A DNA stretch of 64,000 nt, from assembly GCA_020184695.1 (NCBI GenBank), contig JAANOX010000042.1, positions 62,001 through 126,000 on the forward strand, in the 5' to 3' direction. Below are positions 10,812 to 20,721 of the stretch, piece by piece. Each line of letters opens with the position of its first letter. Within the stretch, counting starts at the first letter, position 1. The translations under genes were made by a program, and so were the position numbers. The notes under the pieces were generated by a model that did no database searches, was not told where the DNA came from, and saw only the letters and a list, made by a program, of their open reading frames with translations. Origin of the DNA: Histomonas meleagridis 2922-C6/04-290x (lineage: Eukaryota; Protista; Parabasalia).

Positions 10812-13800
10812 TCAATCGAAATAAAGCGATGACGCAAATATTATATCTCTTTTTATAAGTTCACCTGCTTGTTCGAACTTTTCGCTTAAAGTTCTACATC
10901 CCATAATCTTCGTAGCATTAGCGAAATCTTTTGTCAGTTCTCCTATTCTATTAATAATTCTCACTACACTTCCTTCTGGCACGTCTGTAATACACATGAT
11001 ATGTTTAAAAGGTAACCCGTCTGCCCAATCAAACACAGCCTGTACTAATGTTAGGTTCACATTATTATCAACCCATCTGTCGTCTAAAGGGATTCCAACT
11101 TTTTGGAACTCGTCGAACAATTCTTTAGCAATTAAAGTCATTTCATTTAAAGGCTCTTCGAGTGAAGGCGGAATGAAATCATCGGAATCATTTGATACAA
11201 TTCCTTCCGAAACAAGCGCTGCTAAAGCTGCAGCTATTTCTTTCGGTGATAAATCATCAAAAACACCTGAAAATAATAATTCCGTTCCAAGTATTTCATG
11301 GCATGAACTAATTTCTATTGATACACGACCTTTAAGCATTAAAACATTTTCTTCAGATATATAATTTAATTTTTTAAGGATTTCAATATGTAAATCTAAT
11401 AATGGTTTAAACGTAAGTGATTCATCTTTCATTTGCGTTTCAATTTCATCTTTTTCTGTCAAAAGATTCACTTTTTTGACATAAAGTTCTAAATGTTGCT
11501 TTAATAAAGAACATTTAAAACATGGCGATTTAACCATATTCGAATAGATATTAATTTGATTTTGTGCTGCTGTAGCAAATTCATAATCACTTGTCGAAAG
11601 AATTTTCATCCAACTTATTGGTGAATCTTTAAAATTACAAAGTAATTTCTGTATATTATTTTGTGTCATTTTTTCTGATGATTTTATAACTTTCGAAAAA
11701 ATTGCTCCAATTTCATTTAATGAAAATGTTATTTTATTTCCATTGGATGAAATTGCTTTTATTTCATTTTTGTTTTGTGGATTTTCAGATATTATAGCAA
11801 GTGTAGGAAGATCATTTAATACATATACAATTCTTCCTTTTCGAAGTTGACCCATTATACTTCTAGAATCAATTTGTTCAAGCATCCATTGATTATTTTC
11901 CTTTAAATCAAGATAGTAATCACCAAATTCACTAATGTCTTCAATATCAGGTACAATACAGTCAGATTTTGGTAAAGTTTTTAATTGTTTTTCAATTTCA
12001 TTTTTCTTTCGTACAAGTTCAGGCATCATTAATTGTGTTAAATTAGCAGATAAACTATGTCTTAATAAGTCAACCATTTTAATATCTTTAACTCTTAATA
12101 AATTTAAAATCATATTAAACTTCAAATAAAATTGACTTTGTAATGCTTCAACTTTTCCACTTATTAATGTTTGTAAATAATTTGGATCAGGAATTTCTCC
12201 ATGACATAATATTATTGATGTACCAATTGTATCTTTTCCACGTCGGCCAGCTCTACCACTCATTTGTACATATTCTGTTGGAGTTAAATTACTCATTATC
12301 CTTCCATTAAACTTTTCAAGTGATAAAAATGCACAAGAACGTGCAGGGACATTAAGTCCCATACCGAATGTTGATGTACAAAACAATACTTTAACATAAC
12401 CATCTGTTAAAAGAATTTCAACAATTTCTTTGACAATTGGTAATATACCACCATGATGAATACCTATTCCATGTTCTAAAAGTTCTAATACTTGTTGTAT
12501 TTGTGGTAGTTCTCGATCTTCTTTTGTTAATCTTCGAAGTGATCGAATACAAAATCCTTTAACATGTTTTTTTTCTGATTTTGTTAATAAATCTAATGGT
12601 AATATACCCGTAGCAAGTTGTTCACACATTTTTTGACTAAAACAAAATATTAACATTGGTAATAATTTCGCTTTGTCTGCCGCTAAAACTAAATTCATCC
12701 AATATTGTGGACTAAAATCAATATAACCTGGCGAACCCTTAATAGAAAGTTGTGCCTTATAAAGTTGGAAATGATCCATTGGTCTATTGCCTTGTGCGAT
12801 AACATAAAACTGTGAATCGCCTGTATAAAGTGCATGTTCAATTGGTACTGGTCGAACTGTATGATTTTGGACATAAACAATTTTTTGCTTTGTACGTCCA
12901 ATCCAATCAGCTATTTCCATAGCATTCGGTACCGTTGCTGATAAAAATACCATATTAATATGATATGGAAGTAAAATAATTGACTCTTCCCATACAACTC
13001 CACGTTCATCATTAGAAATATAATGACATTCATCAAATATAACACATTCAACATCTCGAAGTAGATCTGCTCCATGATAAAGCATTGACCGTAATATTTC
13101 AGTTGTGATAATAAGACATGATGCATCTCGATTTAATGAAACATCTCCTGTTAAAAGTCCTACATCTCCAAATTGTTTAGAAAGATCTCTAAACTTTTGG
13201 TTAGATAAAGCTTTGATGGGGGATGTATAAATTACTTTCATTTTATGCGCACGACATAATGCAATTGCATATTGTGCAATAACAGTTTTACCGGCAGATG
13301 TGGGCGCCGATACGAAAACCGTCTGACCGAGCTCAAGTCTGTGAATTGCGCGAAGCTGAAATGCATCAAGCTTGAAGGAAAAGGTAAGCGCTGGATTGGG
13401 AATTTCAGTTGCAAATAAAGACGTATCCCAATCATCAATTACTGAATATTGTTTTGTTGCTTCAGCAACACGCTTTTGCATTGGCTTTGGTACTGGTGCA
13501 GGATTAATTTGTGGAAGATCTGGAAGTGGAGGAAGTTGTTCGGAAGACTCAATATTAACTTTCTCTGATTCAAGTGGTGTGAAAAGAAGATCCATGCCTG
13601 TTTCAAGAGAAGCTAAAAATGGTTTGACATCAATTTGTTCTTTTTCATTCTCTGTTTTACCAAGAAATCCACCAGGCGTAAAAGCAACACCTGTGCTGGA
13701 TCCCCTGTGATAATCATCAATGTTTGTAAGTGGTCTGTTTGTTGAATTATCATCAATAGATGATGAAATTGGAGTATCACAAAATCCTTCAATTTCTCCG

Positions 13801-14015
13801 GTAATGAGATTTCTAATTGGTTCTATTGTCATTGTTGGTGGCGTTGGATCATATCTTAAAACATTTGGTTCGAATTCAGGAATTGGTCTTCGAGTATCTC
13901 CGATTCCAACATATCTTTGTGATGAAAGACGCATTGGCGGGATAAGAAATTCGTCTGTATTTCCAGGATATTCATAATCAAGAGTTTTAACTAAAGAATC
14001 AACAAAGTCTTCCAT
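10812..14015 (-). CDS. SKI2: Ski2-like DExH RNA helicase (SKI complex)
   Basis: APTSAGKT, SPIKALSNQK, DECH, LSAT, HHGGILP, QMSGRAGRRG and a DSHCT-type end (KRDIIFASSLY). The long N-terminal extension favours Ski2 over Mtr4. Confidence 0.9.
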   Translation of the reverse strand: MEDFVDSLVKTLDYEYPGNTDEFLIPPMRLSSQRYVGIGDTRRPIPEFEPNVLRYDPTPPTMTIEPIRNLITGEIEGFCDTPISSSIDDNSTNRPLTNIDDYHRGSSTGVAFTPGGFLGKTENEKEQIDVKPFLASLETGMDLLFTPLESEKVNIESSEQLPPLPDLPQINPAPVPKPMQKRVAEATKQYSVIDDWDTSLFATEIPNPALTFSFKLDAFQLRAIHRLELGQTVFVSAPTSAGKTVIAQYAIALCRAHKMKVIYTSPIKALSNQKFRDLSKQFGDVGLLTGDVSLNRDASCLIITTEILRSMLYHGADLLRDVECVIFDECHYISNDERGVVWEESIILLPYHINMVFLSATVPNAMEIADWIGRTKQKIVYVQNHTVRPVPIEHALYTGDSQFYVIAQGNRPMDHFQLYKAQLSIKGSPGYIDFSPQYWMNLVLAADKAKLLPMLIFCFSQKMCEQLATGILPLDLLTKSEKKHVKGFCIRSLRRLTKEDRELPQIQQVLELLEHGIGIHHGGILPIVKEIVEILLTDGYVKVLFCTSTFGMGLNVPARSCAFLSLEKFNGRIMSNLTPTEYVQMSGRAGRRGKDTIGTSIILCHGEIPDPNYLQTLISGKVEALQSQFYLKFNMILNLLRVKDIKMVDLLRHSLSANLTQLMMPELVRKKNEIEKQLKTLPKSDCIVPDIEDISEFGDYYLDLKENNQWMLEQIDSRSIMGQLRKGRIVYVLNDLPTLAIISENPQNKNEIKAISSNGNKITFSLNEIGAIFSKVIKSSEKMTQNNIQKLLCNFKDSPISWMKILSTSDYEFATAAQNQINIYSNMVKSPCFKCSLLKQHLELYVKKVNLLTEKDEIETQMKDESLTFKPLLDLHIEILKKLNYISEENVLMLKGRVSIEISSCHEILGTELLFSGVFDDLSPKEIAAALAALVSEGIVSNDSDDFIPPSLEEPLNEMTLIAKELFDEFQKVGIPLDDRWVDNNVNLTLVQAVFDWADGLPFKHIMCITDVPEGSVVRIINRIGELTKDFANATKIMGCRTLSEKFEQAGELIKRDIIFASSLYFD

Positions 14016-14023
14016 TAGCTTGG

Positions 14024-14037
14024 CCGTTTATAAACGG
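14024..14037. promoter_or_regulatory. Perfect palindrome CCGTTTATAAACGG (two inverted Myb/M3-like sites)
   Basis: A 14-bp palindrome 8 nt upstream of the SKI2 ATG, in the divergent intergenic region shared with the ankyrin gene. Confidence 0.5.
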
Positions 14038-14357
14038 TGGTAATAAAAAAGAAATAAGAAATGAGAAAAATTTTTAATCAGATTAAAAACATATTAATGC
14101 TGAGTAAGAATAGCATGTACTGATTAAATAGAATATATTTTGTATCAAATTTAAATGAACTTACTTATACATAAATTAATTAATGAACAAATTCACATAT
14201 AAAATCATCCAACAATAATACGCATCATCAAGACAGACAAATGTATGTGTCTAATTTTTTGTATTTGTTATACGTTCCTTATAAAATTGATGTTGTTGGC
14301 TTAGTACACTTTTATTTTTTGTATGATTTACGAAATCTAGCAATTCAAAATTTCATA

Positions 14358-17300
14358 ATGAAAGATTCCAAATGTTCGAATCAAGAACCAAATCATAATA
14401 AACAGTATGGAAATTTACTAATTTCATTACAACATATTATATTTGATCTAAAAGAATCAAATATAGATACTTCAGTTAAGTTAACTTTAGATCTTTTTGA
14501 TGGAAATTATCCATATTCATTCTCTTTAACTATTTGTCAGTTGATATATTTTTCATTTATGTCACAGCAAAAAAATGTTAATATATATTTAAGTTATTTG
14601 AAATTATTTGATTCAAAAGAAATATATTCCCATAAATTAAAAAATATTTTCATACAATTACTTCTACACTTTAAGTCACAAGAATCATATTATCTTCTTG
14701 AAATGATGATTGAGCAAAAATTAGCAGATCCAATAATTTTTCATGATTCTAAAGATTTATATTTTGCACAACATATGACAAATACAGAAATAGCTCAAAC
14801 CAAATTCAAAAATAAATTTTGGAAAAAATTCTTTGAAAATATTGAAGAGCTTCAAAAAGAAGATTGGAAACTACAGAAAAAACTTGTTAAAGATGGTGTT
14901 AATCCAAATGAAATTGTAAATGTAATACGAAATGATGAAATAGAAAAACTTCAAGAAATATCATCGAAAACAAATTTTGATTTTAATCAAATAATTGAAC
15001 CATCGCTTTATGAAAAGTGTACAATGATTAATCAAAATGATGTTTCCCTTATTGATTACGCAGCATTTTTTGGATCAATAAAATGTTTTAAATTTTTAAT
15101 GTTAAATGGTTCAAATTTAATAAGTATTGGGAAATATGCTGTTGCAGGTGGAAATCTCGAAATTATTCATTTATGTGAACAAAATCATTCACTATTTAAA
15201 GATGCATATGAAACAGCAATTGAGTATCATCAAAATAATGTCTTTCATTATCTTTATGAAAATAAAATCATTGAAATTGATGACTTAACTGAATTAGGAA
15301 AAAAATGTGTAATATATAATAATTATGAAATTTTTTCATTTTTGGAAGATGAAAAAATGATTATTACTAATGAACTCTTTGAAACATTTGCTAAATGCGG
15401 AAATTTATATTTAATAAAACATTTTACAAATGGTCAAATTAATGAAAAATTATTCTTTTTAGCAATCGAATCTGGAAATTATGAACTTGTAAAATATATA
15501 CAAGAAAATGGAAAAATCGATTTAAATAAGATTTATGTTTTATTTTTAATTTTGATATTTGTAACAATTATTTGGTGATTTAACATTTTTATTGGCGTTT
15601 CTTCATATTATTTCTAACCCCTCTTATGTTTGCTATAGAAAAGAATCAACTTGAAGTAGTTAGAATACTTCTTGATTTAAATGTTATTGATATAAATGCA
15701 AAAAGTATTTTTTTATTTTATTTAAATATTTCTTAAATCATTCCCAATTTTAATATAAAATTTAAAGTTTTTGTAAATTATTTAGTACAGCACTTATGAT
15801 AGCATGCAAAGGCAATAATATCGAAATTGTTAAATTAATTCTTGATCAAAAAGGAATTAATATAAATGAACAAGATATAAATTTAAAGTTTTTGATATTA
15901 TATCAATACATTTTGGATTTCATTATAAATCATGGAATTTATTTAAAATTTTTCATACAGCACTTATGGAAGCTTGTTCACATCATCATCCCGAAATTGT
16001 AGAATTACTTTTAAATCAAAAAGGTATAAAAGTTAATATGAAAGATAATTATAAATTTTATTTAATGTTTATTAATTTATTTTTCTGTTCCTTAAGTTTG
16101 TTTAGTATTTATTCAAAACTTTTTTTACTGAATTAATCTATGCTTGTAGATCTGGAGATACTGAATCAGTAAAATTACTTCTAAAACATAAAGAAGTTGA
16201 TATTAATGCTAAAAATATAAAATAATTATTTTTTAGTGTTTATTTCAATAATTTTTAATTTAAAAAGGTTTTTTGGAATTTCCTTAAATAATTTAGAACA
16301 TCTCTTATGTTTGCTTGTCAAAATGGATTTAAAGAAATTACTGAAATTCTTCTAAAACAAGAAGGAATTGATGTGAATGCTAAAAATATTTATTTGTTTT
16401 ATGTAGTATTAATATATAAGATTTTATGTTTATTTCTATAAAAACAAATATATTTAATATGTTTGAAACTGCTCTTATTCATGCATGCTCAAATGGTTAT
16501 TTAGAAAATGTAAAATTACTTGTAAAACATAAAGATATTGATATTAATATAAAAAATGTTTTATTTTATTTCCTGGATTTTTATCATATAATTTTGTATA
16601 TTCAATAAATATTGGGAATTTGATTAATTTAATTGACACAGCACTTATATGTTCATGTAAAAATAGTCATTATGAAATTATTAAATTGCTACTTGAACAA
16701 GAAAGTATAGATGTTAATCTTAAAAATGTTTATTTGTTTTGTAAAATATTTATTTTTTTAAAATGAAGTAAATAAATAACTTTTGGAATTTATTCATATG
16801 ATATAAATCAGCACTTATCATTACAACATATTTAGATAACAAAGAAATTATTAAATTATTACTCAAACATGAAAATATTGATGTTAATTCTAAAAATATA
16901 CAACCATATTATTTAATATTTCTTTTAACAAATTGATATTCATAAATAATATTTGGATTTTTTTCTAGTTTTATAAAACTGCACTGATTATAGCATCAAA
17001 ACTATCATTTATTGAAATTGTTAAATTGCTTATTACACATCGAAAAATTGATATAAATGAGAAAGATGATTACTTGTTATATAAATAATTTGTTTAAATA
17101 ATTTGATTTCTCAAAATAAAATTTGGAATTTTAAAAAAAAATTTATAAGACAGCACTTATTTATGCATCTGCTAAAGGTTCTGTTGAAATTGTTAAATTG
17201 CTTCTTAAACAAAAAGATATTGATTGCAACATTAAAGATGTTTATTTATTATATTGAATCTTAATTCCAATAATATAGTGTTTTAAAATAACATTTGGAA

Positions 17301-17415
17301 ATTAATTCATATATTTAAAACAGCAGTTAATTATGCAACTTCAAACGATCACATGGAAATAACCAAATTACTACTTGAGCAAAAAGAAAAGAATGTGAAT
17401 TCAAAGGATCTTTAG
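14358..17415 (+). CDS. DUF3447-like plus ankyrin-repeat protein whose array is interrupted by 11 non-canonical spacers
   Basis: The N-domain ORF (track 14241-15578; likely ATG 14358 after TTCATA) contains IRNDEIEKL, IEPSLYEK and LIDYAAFFGSIKCF. Ten 30-codon stop-free ankyrin cores follow, then a final core ending ...KNVNSKDL* (TAG 17413-17415). Confidence 0.75.
15537..17319 (+). repeat. Ankyrin core (90 nt) plus spacer (80 nt) array with a 170-nt period
   Basis: Spacers start at 15537, 15707, 15877, 16047, 16217, 16388, 16558, 16728, 16898, 17068 and 17240. Nine are 80 nt, one is 81 and one is 82 (with a long A run). Confidence 0.92.
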
Positions 17416-17510
17416 TATATATATAAAATATATCAATAATGACAAATAATTTTTTCTTTCTCTAAGTAAAAACATTTTTATTAAGTTGGATTGAAAAAAA
17501 AATAAAAAAA

Positions 17511-17592
17511 CGACACGAACCAGATTCGAACTGATGCGGGACAAGCCCATGGGGACTCTAATCCCACGCCTTAACCACTCGGCCATCGTGTC
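17511..17592 (-). tRNA. tRNA-Ser (AGA)
   Basis: GACACGA/TCGTGTC acceptor stem, G73 discriminator, TGGCCGAGTGGTTAAGGCG, anticodon loop TTAGAGT, long variable arm GGG-CTTGT-CCC and TTCGAAT. The anticodon stem has one mismatch. Confidence 0.88.
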
Positions 17593-17672
17593 CTCTAATT
17601 TCTTTTTTTTGGATAGCATTAACTATATTACCAAGTAATTTGTTGGAATTAACGTTGCTTTGTATAATTTAA

Positions 17673-19208
17673 ATGAAGAAAAAAGAACCAAATAATTTTC
17701 CAAAGCAGCAGATACATATTAATTTGAGTAATGGTTACAAAGGATCAGCTTTTGATGAAATCGAAAAGGCACAGAATTTTTTTATGAATAATGAATATCA
17801 AAAATCAATTGATATATATATCCATTTAATTGGCAGTATAGAGCCATCACTCGTAATTTCAATGTTTAACAAACCTAATTTGCACAGTCATCTTATTAAT
17901 TTTTTAATTGCATTACACAAAGAAGGTTATGCAAATTCTCTTCACACTGAACTTTTATTTAACCTATTTATACAGTGTCAAGCAATTGATAAACTTTCAA
18001 ATTTCATCCAATATACTCAGAATGCATATTCACAAAAGCATCTCAAACAACAAAAAGGCCAACCTCGGAATCCCAGCAATGATTACTCCAAGTTTATTCA
18101 AAACTTTGATTGTGATATAGCAATTGATATTTTACAAAAGAATGGAATGTCCAATGAAGCACATCTTCTCACTCAAGCTTCAGGTGCGTCGATGGTCACA
18201 GTCAATAATTTACTTCAACAACGAAAATATGTTGATGCAGCCACATTAATTTTTGATCATTTCGATGAGCCCATTGGCTTTAAGATGCTAAAAAAGCACG
18301 GAAAGCTCATCCTTAAATCGGATTCCAATGCCGGTAAAATCATTGAGCAAGCCGCCATTTTAATATGGACTACGTGTAAGCAAAACGATGACTATGAAAT
18401 GATCAAATTGTTTTGGGGATTACCGAATCATTGTTATCGCTTTCTTAAGAGTATTATTCATCAAAACCCTACTGTTTTATTTGTTAACACATTAATTTCT
18501 TTACTTATTCCTAATCCCAAATCCACAAACGAATCATTTTTTGGGAATCCAACTATAGCTAATTCTGAGTATGCGTTAAGTTTAATGTCGAATGAGAAAC
18601 TTGTTTATAATATTGATTATATTTTTTGTGTTTGTGCTGATGCGCATTTTTTACGTGGAATTGCATATCTTTTAACTAAAGAAAATAAAGTTAATGAAGC
18701 AATTTCATTATTTTTAGATGAGAAAGCGTTTAATGATATGAATAAATGGATATTAAATGATAATGTAACAATAAATGCAAATAATTATATAAATATAATA
18801 AATTATTTCATGAAAAAAGAAAATATTCATTTGGTTGAATCGAATGAAGATGTAAAAATGATTTTAAAAACTTCAATTTTAGGATGCGGCTCTTCGATAT
18901 CTTTGGCTTGGATTGATTCGACATTAAATAAATATATTGGGGAAAATGTTAATTTGATTCCTTATGACTATAAAAATAAGGCAAGAATTATTAGTAATGT
19001 GAATGATGATGAAGAAAATAAAATTTGCGCAAAATGTAACAAAATATTGAAAAATAATTTTCATTTGTTTAAATGTAAACATGCTTTTCATTTCGCATGT
19101 ACGTGTTATAATAATTCGGGTGAAAATTATTGTTCAATTTGTAACCCAAATGGAATAACAGATGATTCATTAATTGATGTAATCGAAAAGTTGAATAACT
19201 ATGAGTAA
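17673..19208 (+). CDS. VPS11: Vps11-like protein (alpha-solenoid plus C-terminal RING), lacking the N-terminal beta-propeller
   Basis: IGSIEPSLVISMF...LHKEGYANSLHTELLFNLF matches the Vps11 IGxxEPSxVI...LHxxGxAxxxHTxLL segment. The C-terminal RING is CAKC...CKHAFHFAC...CSIC. Confidence 0.65.
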   Translation: MKKKEPNNFPKQQIHINLSNGYKGSAFDEIEKAQNFFMNNEYQKSIDIYIHLIGSIEPSLVISMFNKPNLHSHLINFLIALHKEGYANSLHTELLFNLFIQCQAIDKLSNFIQYTQNAYSQKHLKQQKGQPRNPSNDYSKFIQNFDCDIAIDILQKNGMSNEAHLLTQASGASMVTVNNLLQQRKYVDAATLIFDHFDEPIGFKMLKKHGKLILKSDSNAGKIIEQAAILIWTTCKQNDDYEMIKLFWGLPNHCYRFLKSIIHQNPTVLFVNTLISLLIPNPKSTNESFFGNPTIANSEYALSLMSNEKLVYNIDYIFCVCADAHFLRGIAYLLTKENKVNEAISLFLDEKAFNDMNKWILNDNVTINANNYINIINYFMKKENIHLVESNEDVKMILKTSILGCGSSISLAWIDSTLNKYIGENVNLIPYDYKNKARIISNVNDDEENKICAKCNKILKNNFHLFKCKHAFHFACTCYNNSGENYCSICNPNGITDDSLIDVIEKLNNYE

Positions 19209-19581
19209 AATGTTATATGTAACTATAAAATTATTATGTTTTAATATTCTTGTGACATTTAAACATCATTTTAATACACATGTTAATTTGATAATATTTT
19301 AAATCAGATGTTATTTTCGAATTCTATTAAATTTTTGTTCACATGATTTGATTTTAAACTTGGTAATTGATATACTGATAATAAAATTAATATCTTGTTT
19401 AGGCATTTTCATAAAACAATATCTTTTTAGTTAAAATTTCGTAATTCTTGTGGAATATAAAAAATTTGTCATCTCGAAAGAAGACGTTTATTCATCAGAA
19501 TCATAAACGTGCGGTCATTCAAATCCACTTTTGAATCGTTTTTCTGAATAACCGTTTACATGAGTGAGTTCACATTTTTCC

Positions 19582-20721
19582 ATGAGTTCCGTTCCACAAG
19601 AAGTTGTTGATGCAATTAAAAATCTTCAAGCTGCACACTATAAAGAAATAGATCAGTGCATGTCTTCTGCTATCCAAGCTATACAAAAACATATTACCTC
19701 ATCCAATCTTACAAATATTATGAAATATTTAACAGTTGAAGCAAGGCAAGGAGAAAAATTATACGTCAGAATAATTCGGGCTATCTCTGCAAACAAAGAA
19801 TTAATACCTGCTTTTTTTGAGTTTTGTTCAAATTTTGATCAACATTTTGGTCAAGATCCGCCTGGTATTGACTATATGTACCTTGCAAAAGGTATTTCTG
19901 TGTGTGAGCTCCGAAAAGAATACCTCCAAACTCTTGAAGGAAAAACTCTTAATGATTATCAAATTTATTTTATTAACGAAATAAATTGTGATGATATTCT
20001 TCCCGAATTCCCCGGTATTTTTGCCCAATGTAGTAACAAAATCTCACATCTTGAATCACTAATTGAAAAGTCCAGAAAAAATTGTTATTTTCCTGTTGTT
20101 GAAGAACGTGACAGTACCAATCCTCGCGACAGCAAATTTGGTGGTCGTGCGCCATATTTACCAAACGATGGACCGAGTTGCAAGAAATGTGGTGAACAAT
20201 TAGATCTCATTTTTTCACTCTATATCAAGTCATTACCCGAAGAAATTCAACAGTATTTCCCAGAGGATGAACGAGAATCAGTTTTAGTTGGAAATAATTG
20301 TTCTGATGGTGATGTTCCGTGTGCATATCTTTATCGTAAGGACGAAATTGATAATCTTCTATACACAAACGAAGAATCAAACTTTAATGAGCATCGCGTT
20401 GTCGTTGGCTGGGAAAAATCGTCAATGGTTGTAACAAGTGATGAAGAATTTCAAAAAGTTTATCCGGATTTGTCAAAGTGGGACTATTTACTCGTTGGAA
20501 GTATTATCGATGATGCTGAAGAAAGAGGCGGAGGAACTTATTTGGGTGGTTATCCTGTATTTGTTCAAAGTGATGAACAACCGGAAGGAACTGTGCTGTT
20601 GCTTGAAATGGATGAGTCTGAAGCATCCACGAATATTTGGGGCGACTGTGGGACTGCGCAGGTTTGGATGAAAACTGGCAGCGATTTTGGCGAGTTCGAA
20701 GTGACATGGGCGTGCGGTTAA
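19582..20721 (+). CDS. YwqG/DUF1963-like protein
   Basis: SKFGGRAPYLP, LGGYPVFVQSD and LLLEMDE...IWGDCGTAQVW fit DUF1963. The likely ATG is 19582, preceded by Inr-like TCACATT (19570-19576) and AACCGTTT (19550-19557). Confidence 0.7.
   Translation: MSSVPQEVVDAIKNLQAAHYKEIDQCMSSAIQAIQKHITSSNLTNIMKYLTVEARQGEKLYVRIIRAISANKELIPAFFEFCSNFDQHFGQDPPGIDYMYLAKGISVCELRKEYLQTLEGKTLNDYQIYFINEINCDDILPEFPGIFAQCSNKISHLESLIEKSRKNCYFPVVEERDSTNPRDSKFGGRAPYLPNDGPSCKKCGEQLDLIFSLYIKSLPEEIQQYFPEDERESVLVGNNCSDGDVPCAYLYRKDEIDNLLYTNEESNFNEHRVVVGWEKSSMVVTSDEEFQKVYPDLSKWDYLLVGSIIDDAEERGGGTYLGGYPVFVQSDEQPEGTVLLLEMDESEASTNIWGDCGTAQVWMKTGSDFGEFEVTWACG

Noticed and set aside
15707-15786. Simple -1 ribosomal frameshift as the explanation for the 80-nt spacers
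   Set aside because: In this spacer the upstream frame stops at codon 10, while the downstream frame still has a TAA later (at -24), so a single shift cannot pass. Spacer lengths also cover all three frames.
6533-17319. Canonical spliceosomal (GT-AG or AT-AC) reading of the ankyrin spacers
   Set aside because: Some spacers begin with GT, but there is no consistent frame-restoring AG and no ACTAAC branch motif. An AT...AC reading that uses the Thr codon gives an out-of-frame junction and deletes the conserved Thr.
3169-17319. Stop-codon reassignment (alternative genetic code) as the explanation
   Set aside because: TAA, TAG and TGA all terminate ordinary genes in this window, and most spacers are not multiples of 3.
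15537-17319. CRISPR-like repeat-spacer array
   Set aside because: The regular units are diverged protein-coding ankyrin cores in a eukaryotic genome. There are no identical palindromic repeats and no cas genes.
17401-17619. 72-aa minus-strand ORF
   Set aside because: It is the tRNA-Ser gene read as codons.
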